Positions 26,067 to 36,218 of a stretch of DNA of 64,000 bases are shown piece by piece. A program made the translations under genes and the position numbers. The stretch lies in the IMG/VR virus record IMGVR_UViG_3300022928_000001. One strand, given 5' to 3'. Each line of letters opens with the position of its first letter. The first letter of the stretch is position 1. A model generated the notes under the pieces. The model ran no database searches. It was given only the letters and a program-made list of their open reading frames with translations, and was not told the DNA's origin. The stretch is from an uncultured virus (IMG/VR IMGVR_UViG_3300022928_000001). Lineage: Duplodnaviria; Heunggongvirae; Uroviricota; Caudoviricetes.

Positions 26067-26285
26067 ATGAAATTAATTAGAAAAATAAGCATTGGTACAG
26101 ATTATAAAAATGAAGCAATGCATTACTCTGTAGGTCAAGAAGTTTATGGAGGACATAAAATATGTGATATACTAGAGGATAACGGAGGATACAAAATTTA
26201 TATTACAAAAAACGAAGAGGTGCTGCCGTGGAAGTTTTTTAATTCAAACATGGCTGTATCAATAGAATACAATTTAGATTATTAA
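26067..26285 (+). CDS. Conserved hypothetical protein
   Basis: ORF track; IRKISIG.DYK..AMHY.VGQ. Confidence 0.75.
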   Translation: MKLIRKISIGTDYKNEAMHYSVGQEVYGGHKICDILEDNGGYKIYITKNEEVLPWKFFNSNMAVSIEYNLDY

Positions 26286-26870
26286 ATGAAATCACTTTTT
26301 AATTATATTATATCTACTGAATCAAGGTACAACAATAAAATAAATGTTGACCAAAAAGAATTAATACTTAATACAGAAATTAGCGAACGTGACTATATGT
26401 TTGTTAATAGAATAGGTGTTGTTGTTAATGAGCCTGCGTATGGAGTAACTTCAAAGACCCCTAAAAAAGGAGATACTGTAATTGTTCATCATAATGTGTT
26501 TAGAAGATGGTTTGATGTTCGTGGAAATGAAAAAAATAGTGGTAGCTTTTTAAAAGAAAATCAGTATTTTGTAGCTCCAGATCAAATATTTGCTTTTAAA
26601 AGAAATGATAAATGGCATTGCCCAGATGATTATTGTTTTGTTAAGCCATTAACTAATAAAGATAAATGGGACTCTGAAACTGAACAAAAATTAAAAGGTG
26701 AGCTTGTGTATAGCAACAGTGAATTAAGTTCATTAGGGCTTTCTATTGGAGACGTGGTGGGGTTTACACCTGACTCAGAATATGAATTTGAAATAGAAGG
26801 TGACAAATTATATAGAATTTTATCTAATCAAGTTACAATAAATTATGGACAGGAGAAAACGAGTAATTGA
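26286..26870 (+). CDS. Tandem GroES-fold protein
   Basis: Two units: G.VV...KKGDTVIV...F.APDQIFA and FVKP...GELV...IGDVVGF...EFEIEGDKLYRI. Confidence 0.6.
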   Translation: MKSLFNYIISTESRYNNKINVDQKELILNTEISERDYMFVNRIGVVVNEPAYGVTSKTPKKGDTVIVHHNVFRRWFDVRGNEKNSGSFLKENQYFVAPDQIFAFKRNDKWHCPDDYCFVKPLTNKDKWDSETEQKLKGELVYSNSELSSLGLSIGDVVGFTPDSEYEFEIEGDKLYRILSNQVTINYGQEKTSN

Positions 26871-27090
26871 AGCGGCTGAAAAAGCTTTAGTAGAACTTGA
26901 AAAAGTTATCAAACAGAATATAGATTTAGGTGAATTAGATCCAGAAAAAGCAAAAACAGCAGCTCAGGCAAAATGGGTAGCAATTGAAGACTCTTTAAAA
27001 ATAATTGAAAAAATTGAAGAGCTAACAGAAAAAAAATCAGAAAGCAAAAAATCAGAAGCTTTTATGGGTGTTGAAAATAGAGTTAAATAA
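26845..27090 (+). CDS. Putative terminase small subunit
   Basis: Short helical protein coupled (TAATG) to terL. Confidence 0.5.
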   Translation: MDRRKRVIEAAEKALVELEKVIKQNIDLGELDPEKAKTAAQAKWVAIEDSLKIIEKIEELTEKKSESKKSEAFMGVENRVK

Positions 27091-29321
27091 TGTATAAACA
27101 AACTTTATATAAAATACACACAGAGCACTTATCTGATAAAAAGATAAAGAATCATAATAAACATAAAAAGTTTAAATATGGTTATAATGAAGATTTAGAT
27201 TGTGTAATTATAAGCAAAGATGGCACGCTGGGTGATATATATGAAATTCAAGGTCTAAAGGTAGGAATACCTAAAACTCCAAATAAAATAGATGGTGAAG
27301 ACCTTAAAAAAGAAGATCAAGTATTTAAGCAAGTATCCAAGCCCGCATCATTAAATAAAATAAGAAACTTAATTGATTTTAAAGAATATGCGGAAGATAT
27401 TAAAGAGCAGTACTATACTTATATTGAAAATGAGTTTAATCACCGCTCTAATGGCTACTGGTTCATGTGCAACAATGAGCCTTGTTACATTACAGGATCG
27501 CACTATATATACCTCAACTGGACGAAAATTGACGTTGGAGCACCTGATTTTAGACAAGCCAACAGAATCTTTTATTACTTCTGGGAGGCTTGCAAGGCAG
27601 ATAGAAGATCTTACGGAATGTGCTACCTTAAGAATAGACGGTCTGGGTTTAGCTTTATGGCATCCTCAGAAACTGTTAACTTGGCAACAATATCCAAAGA
27701 CTCTAGGTTTGGCATCTTATCTAAGACTGGTGCAGATGCAAAAAAGATGTTCACAGATAAGGTGGTACCAATATCCATTAATTACCCGTTCTTTTTCAAA
27801 CCAATACAGGACGGAATGGAAAGACCAAAGACAGAGTTATCCTACAAGATCCCGTCAAGAAGACTCACGAGAAATTCGATCAGGGAAAGTTATAATCAGG
27901 AGGAACATGGGCAGGGTCTCGACACAACAATCGACTGGAAGAACACGGGGGACAACTCGTACGACGGGGAGAAACTCCAACTCCTTGTACATGACGAATC
28001 GGGTAAATGGGAACGGCCGGACAATATACTCAACAACTGGAGGGTTACAAAAACGTGTCTTAGACTTGGAGCAAAAATAGTTGGTAAGTGCATGATGGGT
28101 TCAACATCTAATGCAATTGAAAAAGGTGGTGATAATTTTAAAAAATTATATTATAATTCAGATGTTACAAATAGAAACCGCAATGGCCAGACTGCAAGTG
28201 GATTATATTCTTTGTTCATACCTATGGAATGGGGATACGAAGGGTTTATTGACAAATTCGGGTATCCTGTCTTCGAAACTCCATCAGAACCGGTTGAAGG
28301 AATTGATGGCGAACAAATTTTTAATGGAGTCATCAATCATTGGAACAACGAGGTTGACGGTTTAAAAAACGACAGTGATGCTCTTAATGAATATTATAGA
28401 CAATTTCCAAGATCTGAAAAGCACGCTTTTAGAGATGAAACTATAAATTCTTTATTTAATCTAACTAAAATATACGAGCAAATAGATTATAATGAAGAAA
28501 TGACTTTAAAGGGTTATGTGACTAGAGGTTCTTTTTCTTGGAAAAATGGAATAAAAGATACAAAAGTTATATGGTCACCAAATAAAACAGGAAGATTTAA
28601 TTTATCTTGGATACCTCCTGTTTCTTTACAAAACAATATAATTATAAAAAATGGTATTAAATTTCCTGGTAATGATGGTCTCGGGGCCTTTGGGTGTGAT
28701 AGCTATGACATCAGCGGTACTGTTGGCGGTGGTGGGTCTAACGGTGCTCTTCATGGATTAACCACTTGGAGCATGGTAAGTGATGTGCCTAATAGTAAAT
28801 TTTTTTTAGAATATATTGCTAGACCTCAAACTGCAGAAATATTTTTTGAAGATGTTTTAATGGCGTGTGTATTTTATGGAATGCCAATATTAGCAGAAAA
28901 CAATAAACCTAGATTATTATATCATTTAAAACGTAGGGGTTATAGAGGATTTTCTATGAATCGTCCTGATAAAACAAAAATTAAATTATCTAAAACAGAA
29001 TTAGAGTTGGGTGGAATACCCAATTCATCTGAAGACATTAGACAAGCGCATGCTGCAGCAATTGAAACATATATAGAATCCCACGTAGGCAATCTAGGAG
29101 AGTCTCACGGTAATATGTATTTTCAAAGAACCTTAGAAGACTGGGCTAGATTTGATATTTCAAAAAGAACAGCGCATGATGCTTCTATTAGCAGCGGACT
29201 TGCTATAATGGCTTGTCAAAAACATTTATACCGACCCGTCGGTGAAAGAAAAACAAAAAAACTTGATTTTGGATTTTCTAAATATACAAATTCAGGATTA
29301 AGAAGTCAGATAATAAAATAA
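27090..29321 (+). CDS. terL: Terminase large subunit
   Basis: KNRRSGFS Walker A, LLVHDESGK Walker B, GCDSYD and AENNK nuclease motifs. Confidence 0.93.
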   Translation: MYKQTLYKIHTEHLSDKKIKNHNKHKKFKYGYNEDLDCVIISKDGTLGDIYEIQGLKVGIPKTPNKIDGEDLKKEDQVFKQVSKPASLNKIRNLIDFKEYAEDIKEQYYTYIENEFNHRSNGYWFMCNNEPCYITGSHYIYLNWTKIDVGAPDFRQANRIFYYFWEACKADRRSYGMCYLKNRRSGFSFMASSETVNLATISKDSRFGILSKTGADAKKMFTDKVVPISINYPFFFKPIQDGMERPKTELSYKIPSRRLTRNSIRESYNQEEHGQGLDTTIDWKNTGDNSYDGEKLQLLVHDESGKWERPDNILNNWRVTKTCLRLGAKIVGKCMMGSTSNAIEKGGDNFKKLYYNSDVTNRNRNGQTASGLYSLFIPMEWGYEGFIDKFGYPVFETPSEPVEGIDGEQIFNGVINHWNNEVDGLKNDSDALNEYYRQFPRSEKHAFRDETINSLFNLTKIYEQIDYNEEMTLKGYVTRGSFSWKNGIKDTKVIWSPNKTGRFNLSWIPPVSLQNNIIIKNGIKFPGNDGLGAFGCDSYDISGTVGGGGSNGALHGLTTWSMVSDVPNSKFFLEYIARPQTAEIFFEDVLMACVFYGMPILAENNKPRLLYHLKRRGYRGFSMNRPDKTKIKLSKTELELGGIPNSSEDIRQAHAAAIETYIESHVGNLGESHGNMYFQRTLEDWARFDISKRTAHDASISSGLAIMACQKHLYRPVGERKTKKLDFGFSKYTNSGLRSQIIK

Positions 29322-29323
29322 AT

Positions 29324-31744
29324 ATGGCAAAAAATAAAGGACAAATAACACAGTTTCCGAGTCAAGCCGTCTCAGATGCAGTTAAAAAATCTAAGGATTA
29401 TGGTTTATCTGTAGCTAGAGCGATTGAGCAAGACTGGTTTAACAAGGATAACGGGTCCGGAAGGTATTACCAAACACGTGATGAATATCACAGGTTAAGA
29501 TTATACGCCAGGGGAGAGCAGTCAATAAGAAAGTACAAAGATGAATTTGCTATTAATGGTGATCTTTCTTATTTAAATCTTGATTGGAAACCAGTTCCTA
29601 TTGTTCCTAAGTTTGTAGATATTGTTGTTAATGGAATGCAAGATAGGCTTTTTAGTATTAAAGCTTTTGCTCAAGATCCTATATCTACAGGTAAAAGAAC
29701 AAAGTTTGTTAACAACATTCAAAGAGATTTAGCTGCAAAAAAAATATTAGCAGATATAGAAGCTGAATTAGGTGTTAATGCTCGTAATGTACCTGAAGAA
29801 GAGCTTCCTGCAAATACGGAAGAGCTAGAGCTTTTTATGCAATTAAACTACAAGCAAGGTATTGAAATTGCTCAGGAACAAGCTATAAACAATGTTTTTC
29901 TTTCAAATAAATATGATGAAATTAAAAGCAGAATTGATTATGATCTAGCTGTTATAGGTATTGGATGTGCTAAGCATTCTTTTAATAATACAGATGGTAT
30001 TAAGCTTGATTATGTAGATCCCGCTAATTTAGTATGGTCATATACGGAAGATCCTAATTTTGCTGATTGTTATTATTTCGGTGAAGTAAAAAAAATAAAA
30101 TTAAACGAATTAAAAAAGCAATTTCCATCTTTAACAGATGAAAAAATTGCAGAGTATACAAAAAAGGGTTCAAATTGGACAGACTATAATAATATAGGTA
30201 ATACTAATGATAATGTTATAGATGACAATAACGTAGTTACAGTATTATATTTTAACTGGAAAACTTGGGAAAATAATGTATACAAAATAAAAGAAACATC
30301 TACAGGTGCTGAAAAAGCTATTCCTAAAGATGATTCTTTTGATCCACCCAAAGATAAAAGAACTAGATTTCAAAAAGTTGCACAAGCAAGAGAGGTAATA
30401 TACGAAGGAGCTTTTATTTTAGGTACTACAGAATTATTAAAGTGGGAAAAGGCGACTAACATGATTCGACCATTATCTAATACAAACAAGGTAATGATGA
30501 ATTATATCGCAAGTGCACCAAGGCTTTATAAAGGAAATATCAATTCCTTAGTATCTAAAATGGCACCTTATGCAGATTTAATACAGCTAACACATTTAAA
30601 ATTACAGCAAGCAATACAAAGAATGACACCATCTGGTGTTTATTTAGATGCTGATGGTTTAGCTGAAATTGATTTAGGGAATGGCACAAGTTACAACCCA
30701 CAAGAAGCGTTAAACATGTATTTCCAAACCGGTTCTATAATCGGGCGATCTCAAACTGTGGATGGTGAAATGAATCCTGGCAAAGTGCCTATTCAAGAAC
30801 TACCTGGCGGCGGCGGTGGTCAAATACAAGTTTTAATAGGAGCATATAATCAGTACATACAAATGATGCGTGATGTTACTGGTTTAAATGAAGCAAGAGA
30901 CGGATCTGATCCTGACCCAAAAGCTTTAGTAGGTGTTCAAAAACTGGCAGCTGCAAATAGTAATACAGCTACAAGACATATACTAACGAGTAGCATGTTT
31001 ATTACAACTTCTTTAGCAGAAGCAATTTCTTTAAGATTTAAAGATGTATTAGAATTCCATCCATCAAAAGAAGCTTTTATAACTGCACTGGGTAGATTTA
31101 CAGTTGGTTCTTTAGAAGAGCTAAAAGACTTGCATATGCATGATTTTGGTATATTCTTAGAATTAGAACCTGATCAAGAAGAAAAACAAATGCTAGAGGC
31201 TAATATACAAACAGCACTAGCACAAAAAAGTATATTTTTAGAAGATGCTATTGATATAAGAGAAATTAATAATACAAAATTAGCTAATCAACTTTTAAAA
31301 TTTAGAAGAATTAAAAAGCAACAGGTTGATCAAACCCAAGCTCAAGCTGCTAGTGCAGCTCAAGCGGAGGCTCAAGGTCAAGCACAAATTGTTGTTGAAC
31401 AAGCAAAAGCGCAAGCAGAACAAATTAAAACAGAATCTAAAATTCAAGTTTCTACAGCTGAAAATGAGCTTTCTATTAAAAAGATGGAAGTTGAGGCAAG
31501 AACAAAAAGAGAACTTATGCAATATGAGTTTGATTTAAATGTTAGATTAAAACAATTAGAGTTACAAGCGCAAAAAGAGCTTGTTGAAAAGCAAAGTGAA
31601 ACTCAAAAAGAAATAGCTAACACAAAAGTTAGTGCGTCCAAAATAACTGGACCGCCTGATACAGGCAAACCAAAAAAGTCCTTTGAGTCTAAAGGCAATG
31701 ATGTTTTAGGGGGGTTTGATTTATCAAGATTTGAACCTAGATAA
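29324..31744 (+). CDS. Portal protein
   Basis: After terL; PIVPKFVDIVV, RDVTGLNEARDG; C-terminal coiled coil. Confidence 0.88.
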   Translation: MAKNKGQITQFPSQAVSDAVKKSKDYGLSVARAIEQDWFNKDNGSGRYYQTRDEYHRLRLYARGEQSIRKYKDEFAINGDLSYLNLDWKPVPIVPKFVDIVVNGMQDRLFSIKAFAQDPISTGKRTKFVNNIQRDLAAKKILADIEAELGVNARNVPEEELPANTEELELFMQLNYKQGIEIAQEQAINNVFLSNKYDEIKSRIDYDLAVIGIGCAKHSFNNTDGIKLDYVDPANLVWSYTEDPNFADCYYFGEVKKIKLNELKKQFPSLTDEKIAEYTKKGSNWTDYNNIGNTNDNVIDDNNVVTVLYFNWKTWENNVYKIKETSTGAEKAIPKDDSFDPPKDKRTRFQKVAQAREVIYEGAFILGTTELLKWEKATNMIRPLSNTNKVMMNYIASAPRLYKGNINSLVSKMAPYADLIQLTHLKLQQAIQRMTPSGVYLDADGLAEIDLGNGTSYNPQEALNMYFQTGSIIGRSQTVDGEMNPGKVPIQELPGGGGGQIQVLIGAYNQYIQMMRDVTGLNEARDGSDPDPKALVGVQKLAAANSNTATRHILTSSMFITTSLAEAISLRFKDVLEFHPSKEAFITALGRFTVGSLEELKDLHMHDFGIFLELEPDQEEKQMLEANIQTALAQKSIFLEDAIDIREINNTKLANQLLKFRRIKKQQVDQTQAQAASAAQAEAQGQAQIVVEQAKAQAEQIKTESKIQVSTAENELSIKKMEVEARTKRELMQYEFDLNVRLKQLELQAQKELVEKQSETQKEIANTKVSASKITGPPDTGKPKKSFESKGNDVLGGFDLSRFEPR

Positions 31745-31775
31745 AACTATTTAAATTATTTTATTATATACAATT

Positions 31776-33020
31776 ATGGAAGAACAAGTTAAAGTTAATG
31801 TTGTAGAAGACAATACTCCTCCTACAACACCACAAGAAAAAGAAGCTGCTGTTTTAGAACAGGCTATTGAAGAGGGTTCTGTTGATGAATCGTATGGTCT
31901 TCAAGACGACGGCGTTTACAAAGTAAATTTAGATAAACCACCAACACTTAAAGAAGATGCCATTCAAGAGCAAGAAACAGAGAGCGTATCTGTGGGCGAT
32001 GGAGCCGAAGATAGCCCGGAAGTGGACGAACAAGTACGGGAGCAAGATACAAAAGAAGAAAACGAAAAAGAAGAAGTAATTGATGATTCACCATTGCAAT
32101 TAGTAAATGATGAACCACAAGAAGAAGAAAAACAAGAAGTACAGAAAGAAATCCAGCAAGAAACAAAACAGGAAGTAAAACAAGAAGAAACAAAAGTTGT
32201 TTTACCTGAAAATGTTGAAAAGCTGGTGCAATTCATGGAAGAAACTGGCGGAACGGTAGAAGATTATGTTAATCTTAATCGTGACATTTCTAAAATGGAT
32301 AGCACAACTTTATTAAGAGAATATTATAAAAATACAAAACCTCATTTAGATGTAGATGATGTTGATTTTTTATTCAACAAAAACTTTGCATATGATGAAG
32401 AGACGGACGATCCGTCAGAAATTAAGGCTAAGCAATTAGCTTTTAAAGAAGAATTATATAATGCCCAAAATTATTTCAACAATAGTAGGGAAAAATACTA
32501 TGCCGATCTTAAGTTAAGAAAGCAAGAAAGTGTTGCTCCTGAATATGCTGAAGCTATGGAGTATTATAATAATTCTAAGCAACAATCAGAAGAGTATAAT
32601 AATCTTCAAAAAGAGTTTATTGAAAAAACAAATAAAGTTTTTAATGATAATTTCAAAGGTTTTGATTTTAAGGTCGGAGAAAACAAATACAGGTTTAAAG
32701 TAGATAACACTGAAAAAGTTAAACAATATCAATCAGATATTTCTAATTTTATTAATGAATTTTTAGGTGACGACGGTTCTGTAGCAGATGCTGCAGGATA
32801 CCATAGAGCATTATTTGCTGCTAAAAATGCAGATAAGATTGCAAATCACTTTTATGAGCAAGGCCGTGCCGACGCCGTGAAAGAATCTGCCAAGCAAGCA
32901 AAGAATATTAATATGGACCCTCGCTCTGATAATTCAACTATAAAAACCGAATACGGAGATAAAATTAGAGTTGTATCTGGAAATTCATCTGATAAGTTGC
33001 GCATTAAATGGAATAAATAA
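31776..33020 (+). CDS. Putative scaffolding protein
   Basis: Very acidic, between portal and major capsid protein. Confidence 0.65.
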   Translation: MEEQVKVNVVEDNTPPTTPQEKEAAVLEQAIEEGSVDESYGLQDDGVYKVNLDKPPTLKEDAIQEQETESVSVGDGAEDSPEVDEQVREQDTKEENEKEEVIDDSPLQLVNDEPQEEEKQEVQKEIQQETKQEVKQEETKVVLPENVEKLVQFMEETGGTVEDYVNLNRDISKMDSTTLLREYYKNTKPHLDVDDVDFLFNKNFAYDEETDDPSEIKAKQLAFKEELYNAQNYFNNSREKYYADLKLRKQESVAPEYAEAMEYYNNSKQQSEEYNNLQKEFIEKTNKVFNDNFKGFDFKVGENKYRFKVDNTEKVKQYQSDISNFINEFLGDDGSVADAAGYHRALFAAKNADKIANHFYEQGRADAVKESAKQAKNINMDPRSDNSTIKTEYGDKIRVVSGNSSDKLRIKWNK

Positions 33021-33041
33021 CACAACTTAAAATCAAACAAA

Positions 33042-34577
33042 ATGGCTTTTACTGGTGGCATTCCTGCCGCATTACAACCAACTCAGTCTAAAACACTTTA
33101 TGCTGGGAATTACATTGACTTCACCTCAGCGGCGCATGATCAATGGACACAACAATTTTTACCCGATGTATACGAAAAAGAAGTAGAGCGCTACGGAAAT
33201 CGTTCAATCGGATCATTTTTAAGAATGGTATCTGCAGAGATGCCTTCAACTTCAGATCAAATTATCTGGACTGAGCAAGGGCGTTTACATACCCGTTATG
33301 CAAATGTACTTCCTCAAGGAAGCGCAGCTACATTGCCAGCTGCTGGTGCTGCTGCTGTAATTGCAGCTAACGCTAATGCAGGTGGAGTATTAAACTTTAC
33401 TATTCCTGCTCAGCCAACAAGTGTTGGTTTAACATCTGACACTACATCAAACTGTAACTTCAAAGTTGGTCAAACAGCTATGGTACAAGTTCAGTCATCT
33501 GCAACTTCTGCTGTTGGTGGAACTGCTGATGTTATTAAAGGTGTAGTAACAGCGGTTTCAGGCGCTAGCTTTCAAATTAAAGCTTACAAAGGTCACGCTG
33601 GCGTAACTGCTGCTGAACGAGTAACTGCAATGGTATATGGATCTGAATTTGCTAAAGGTACTGGAAACTTTACTGAAAAGCTAGATCCTAGCTATGCTAC
33701 ATTTACTAATGCTCCAATCATTATGAAAGAGCACTATTCAATCAATGGATCTGACACAGCTCAGATTGGATGGATTGAAGTAACTTCAGAAAATGGAGCA
33801 GATGGATACCTATGGTACCTAAAATCAGAGCACGAAAATAGACTACGTTGGGAAGACTACGTAGAAATGGCTATGGTTGAAGGTGTTGAAAAAGCTGCTG
33901 GAGGAGCTAATATTGCTCTTGGAACTTATGGAGGTAGCCTTGCTGCACAAAATGCACGTGGTACTCAAGGGTTCTTTGACGCAATTGAAGAAAGAGGTAA
34001 CGTATATTCAGGATTTGGAGCGCAGGCTACAGGTGGTGGAGCACTTACTGATTTCGATGCTGTTCTTAAGCAACTAGACAAGCAAGGGGCTATTGAAGAA
34101 AACATGCTTTTCTTAAATCGCGATTTATCATTAGAAATTGATGATATTCTTGCTCAACAAAATGGTGGCTATGCTAGCGGTGGTACTTCTTATGGAGTAT
34201 TTAACAACAGTGAAGATATGGCACTTACTTTAGGGTTTACTGGATACCGCAGAGGATCTTATGACTTTTACAAAACTGACTGGAAATACTTAAATGACTG
34301 GTCAACTCGTGGAGGTTTTGGAGATGTTGAAGGTGTTTTAGTACCTGCTGGTACGTCTACTGTTTATGACCAACAACTTGGTACAAACATTAAGCGCCCA
34401 TTCTTACACGTAAGATATAGAGCTTCAGAAACTGACAACAGAAAAATGAAATCTTGGATTACAGGATCTGTTGGAGGACCTACTAGCTCAGATATTGACG
34501 AAATGAGAATGCACTATCTGACTGAAAGATGTCTTATTACTCAAGCTGCAAATAACTTTGTATTATTTAAAGCTTAA
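33042..34577 (+). CDS. Major capsid protein
   Basis: QQFLPDVYEKEVERYGNR, WTEQGRLH, GTQGFF, LTERCL; followed by strong hairpin. Confidence 0.88.
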   Translation: MAFTGGIPAALQPTQSKTLYAGNYIDFTSAAHDQWTQQFLPDVYEKEVERYGNRSIGSFLRMVSAEMPSTSDQIIWTEQGRLHTRYANVLPQGSAATLPAAGAAAVIAANANAGGVLNFTIPAQPTSVGLTSDTTSNCNFKVGQTAMVQVQSSATSAVGGTADVIKGVVTAVSGASFQIKAYKGHAGVTAAERVTAMVYGSEFAKGTGNFTEKLDPSYATFTNAPIIMKEHYSINGSDTAQIGWIEVTSENGADGYLWYLKSEHENRLRWEDYVEMAMVEGVEKAAGGANIALGTYGGSLAAQNARGTQGFFDAIEERGNVYSGFGAQATGGGALTDFDAVLKQLDKQGAIEENMLFLNRDLSLEIDDILAQQNGGYASGGTSYGVFNNSEDMALTLGFTGYRRGSYDFYKTDWKYLNDWSTRGGFGDVEGVLVPAGTSTVYDQQLGTNIKRPFLHVRYRASETDNRKMKSWITGSVGGPTSSDIDEMRMHYLTERCLITQAANNFVLFKA

Positions 34578-34592
34578 TAAGGTTTTTAACTA

Positions 34593-34630
34593 TAGGATAC
34601 GGGCTCTTCGGAGCCCAGTATTCTTATTTT
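34593..34630 (+). terminator. Hairpin/terminator after major capsid gene
   Basis: GGGCTC-TTCG-GAGCCC (34601-34616) with extended stem and T-rich tail. Confidence 0.8.
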
Positions 34631-34643
34631 ATATTATTTAATT

Positions 34644-35414
34644 ATGACAACAAAAACAACAAAAGCTCCTGACGCTGAAAAAGGATGGGAGATAAAAGAC
34701 AGAACATACGTATTAACCGGTAATAGATCACCTATTTCTTGGACAATACAAACAAAACACACAGCTAGAAAACCTTTGCTTTATTTTGATGAAGCAACCG
34801 GAATAAACAAAGAAATACGTTACGCTACAAACCAAAGATCTTTATTTGTAGATGGTCAAGATGGAGCTGTAACATTATCTCATGTAATGTTTTTAGATGG
34901 TGTATTATATGTTCCAAAAGAAGAACAAAATTTACAAAAATTACTTTCTTTATATCACCCAGAAAGAAATAAATTATGGGAAGAAGTTGACGAAGTACGA
35001 GAAGCTGAAGATGAAATTGACGTTTTAGAATTAGAACTTGAAGCTTTAAACTTAGTTAATGAAATTGATATTGAACATTTAGAAGCTATTATGAGAACTG
35101 AGTTAGGTTCAACAGTTGCTAGTCTTTCTTCTAAAGAATTAAAAAGGGATGCGTATAGATTTGCTAAATCGCAACCAGTTTTATTTTTAGAACTTGTTCA
35201 AGACGAAGATATAAAGTTAAGAAATCTAGCTAATAGAGCTGTTGAAGTTGGAATTTTACAACTTACTGATGACAATACTGTTTTTAAATTTGCTAATGGC
35301 AAAAAAGTTTTAACAGTACCATTTGAACAGCACCCATACGCGGCGTTAGCTCAATATTTTAAAACTGATGAAGGTGTAGATTTAATGAAATCTATAACAA
35401 AAAAGCTTTCATAA
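34644..35414 (+). CDS. Conserved hypothetical protein downstream of capsid gene
   Basis: ORF track; EIRYATNQRS, LQKLLSLYHP. Confidence 0.75.
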   Translation: MTTKTTKAPDAEKGWEIKDRTYVLTGNRSPISWTIQTKHTARKPLLYFDEATGINKEIRYATNQRSLFVDGQDGAVTLSHVMFLDGVLYVPKEEQNLQKLLSLYHPERNKLWEEVDEVREAEDEIDVLELELEALNLVNEIDIEHLEAIMRTELGSTVASLSSKELKRDAYRFAKSQPVLFLELVQDEDIKLRNLANRAVEVGILQLTDDNTVFKFANGKKVLTVPFEQHPYAALAQYFKTDEGVDLMKSITKKLS

Positions 35415-35420
35415 ACACTT

Positions 35421-35449
35421 GGCGTAGAGTAAGAAATTAACTCTATGCC
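35421..35449 (+). terminator. Intergenic hairpin
   Basis: GGCGTAGAGT-N9-ACTCTATGCC; weak U tail. Confidence 0.5.
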
Positions 35450-35474
35450 GTCTAAATTAACACAATAAATATAA

Positions 35475-36218
35475 ATGGTAAATATAGATAACGTCTACAA
35501 TACTGTATTAGTAATAACTAATAAGGACAACCGTGGATATATAACACCAGAAGAGTTTAATAGGCTAGCAAACCAAGCTCAAAATGAAATATTTGAAAGC
35601 TATTTTAGAAAGCAATCTTCATATGAGCTCAATGCAAATATTACTAGCGATTTTGCAGATCCTGTTTTAAACACTTCTGAGAAAATAAATGAATTTTACG
35701 GTGATGCTAATTTAGTATTAAGCAATGGTATTTTTAATTATCCTAGTGACTTTTATAGATTAGGCGTTGTATCTGTTAATAATAAAGTAGCAGATTTTGC
35801 ACATCATTCAGATATAAAATATATTAACCAATCACCTTTAACCTACCCTGTTGATAGCCAACCTGTATATACGTTAGCTAAAAATGGGGTTAAGGTTTAT
35901 CCTAGCACAATAACTACAGGTGTTAGTATAGATTATTTAAAAAAGCCTAACAGACCTAAATGGGGTTATATTATGCCTACAGCCGCGCAGATAGCGGCAG
36001 GTGTACCTAACAAGCCTATTTATGATCCAACCGTATTTGATCCCGCTACGGATAGTTATAGTGCATCTGCAAAGTCTTATAATTTTGAGCTACATGCTTC
36101 AGAAGAATATGATCTAGTTGTTAAAATTTTAACATACGCAGGAGTAGTTATAAAACAAGCTGATATAGCAGGATTTGGACAAGGTAAAGAACAACAAATA
36201 GCAGCAACTGAACAATAA
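35475..36218 (+). CDS. Tail ring/adaptor protein 1
   Basis: NKDNRGYITPEEFNRLANQAQ, YLKKP..PKWGY; position. Confidence 0.75.
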   Translation: MVNIDNVYNTVLVITNKDNRGYITPEEFNRLANQAQNEIFESYFRKQSSYELNANITSDFADPVLNTSEKINEFYGDANLVLSNGIFNYPSDFYRLGVVSVNNKVADFAHHSDIKYINQSPLTYPVDSQPVYTLAKNGVKVYPSTITTGVSIDYLKKPNRPKWGYIMPTAAQIAAGVPNKPIYDPTVFDPATDSYSASAKSYNFELHASEEYDLVVKILTYAGVVIKQADIAGFGQGKEQQIAATEQ

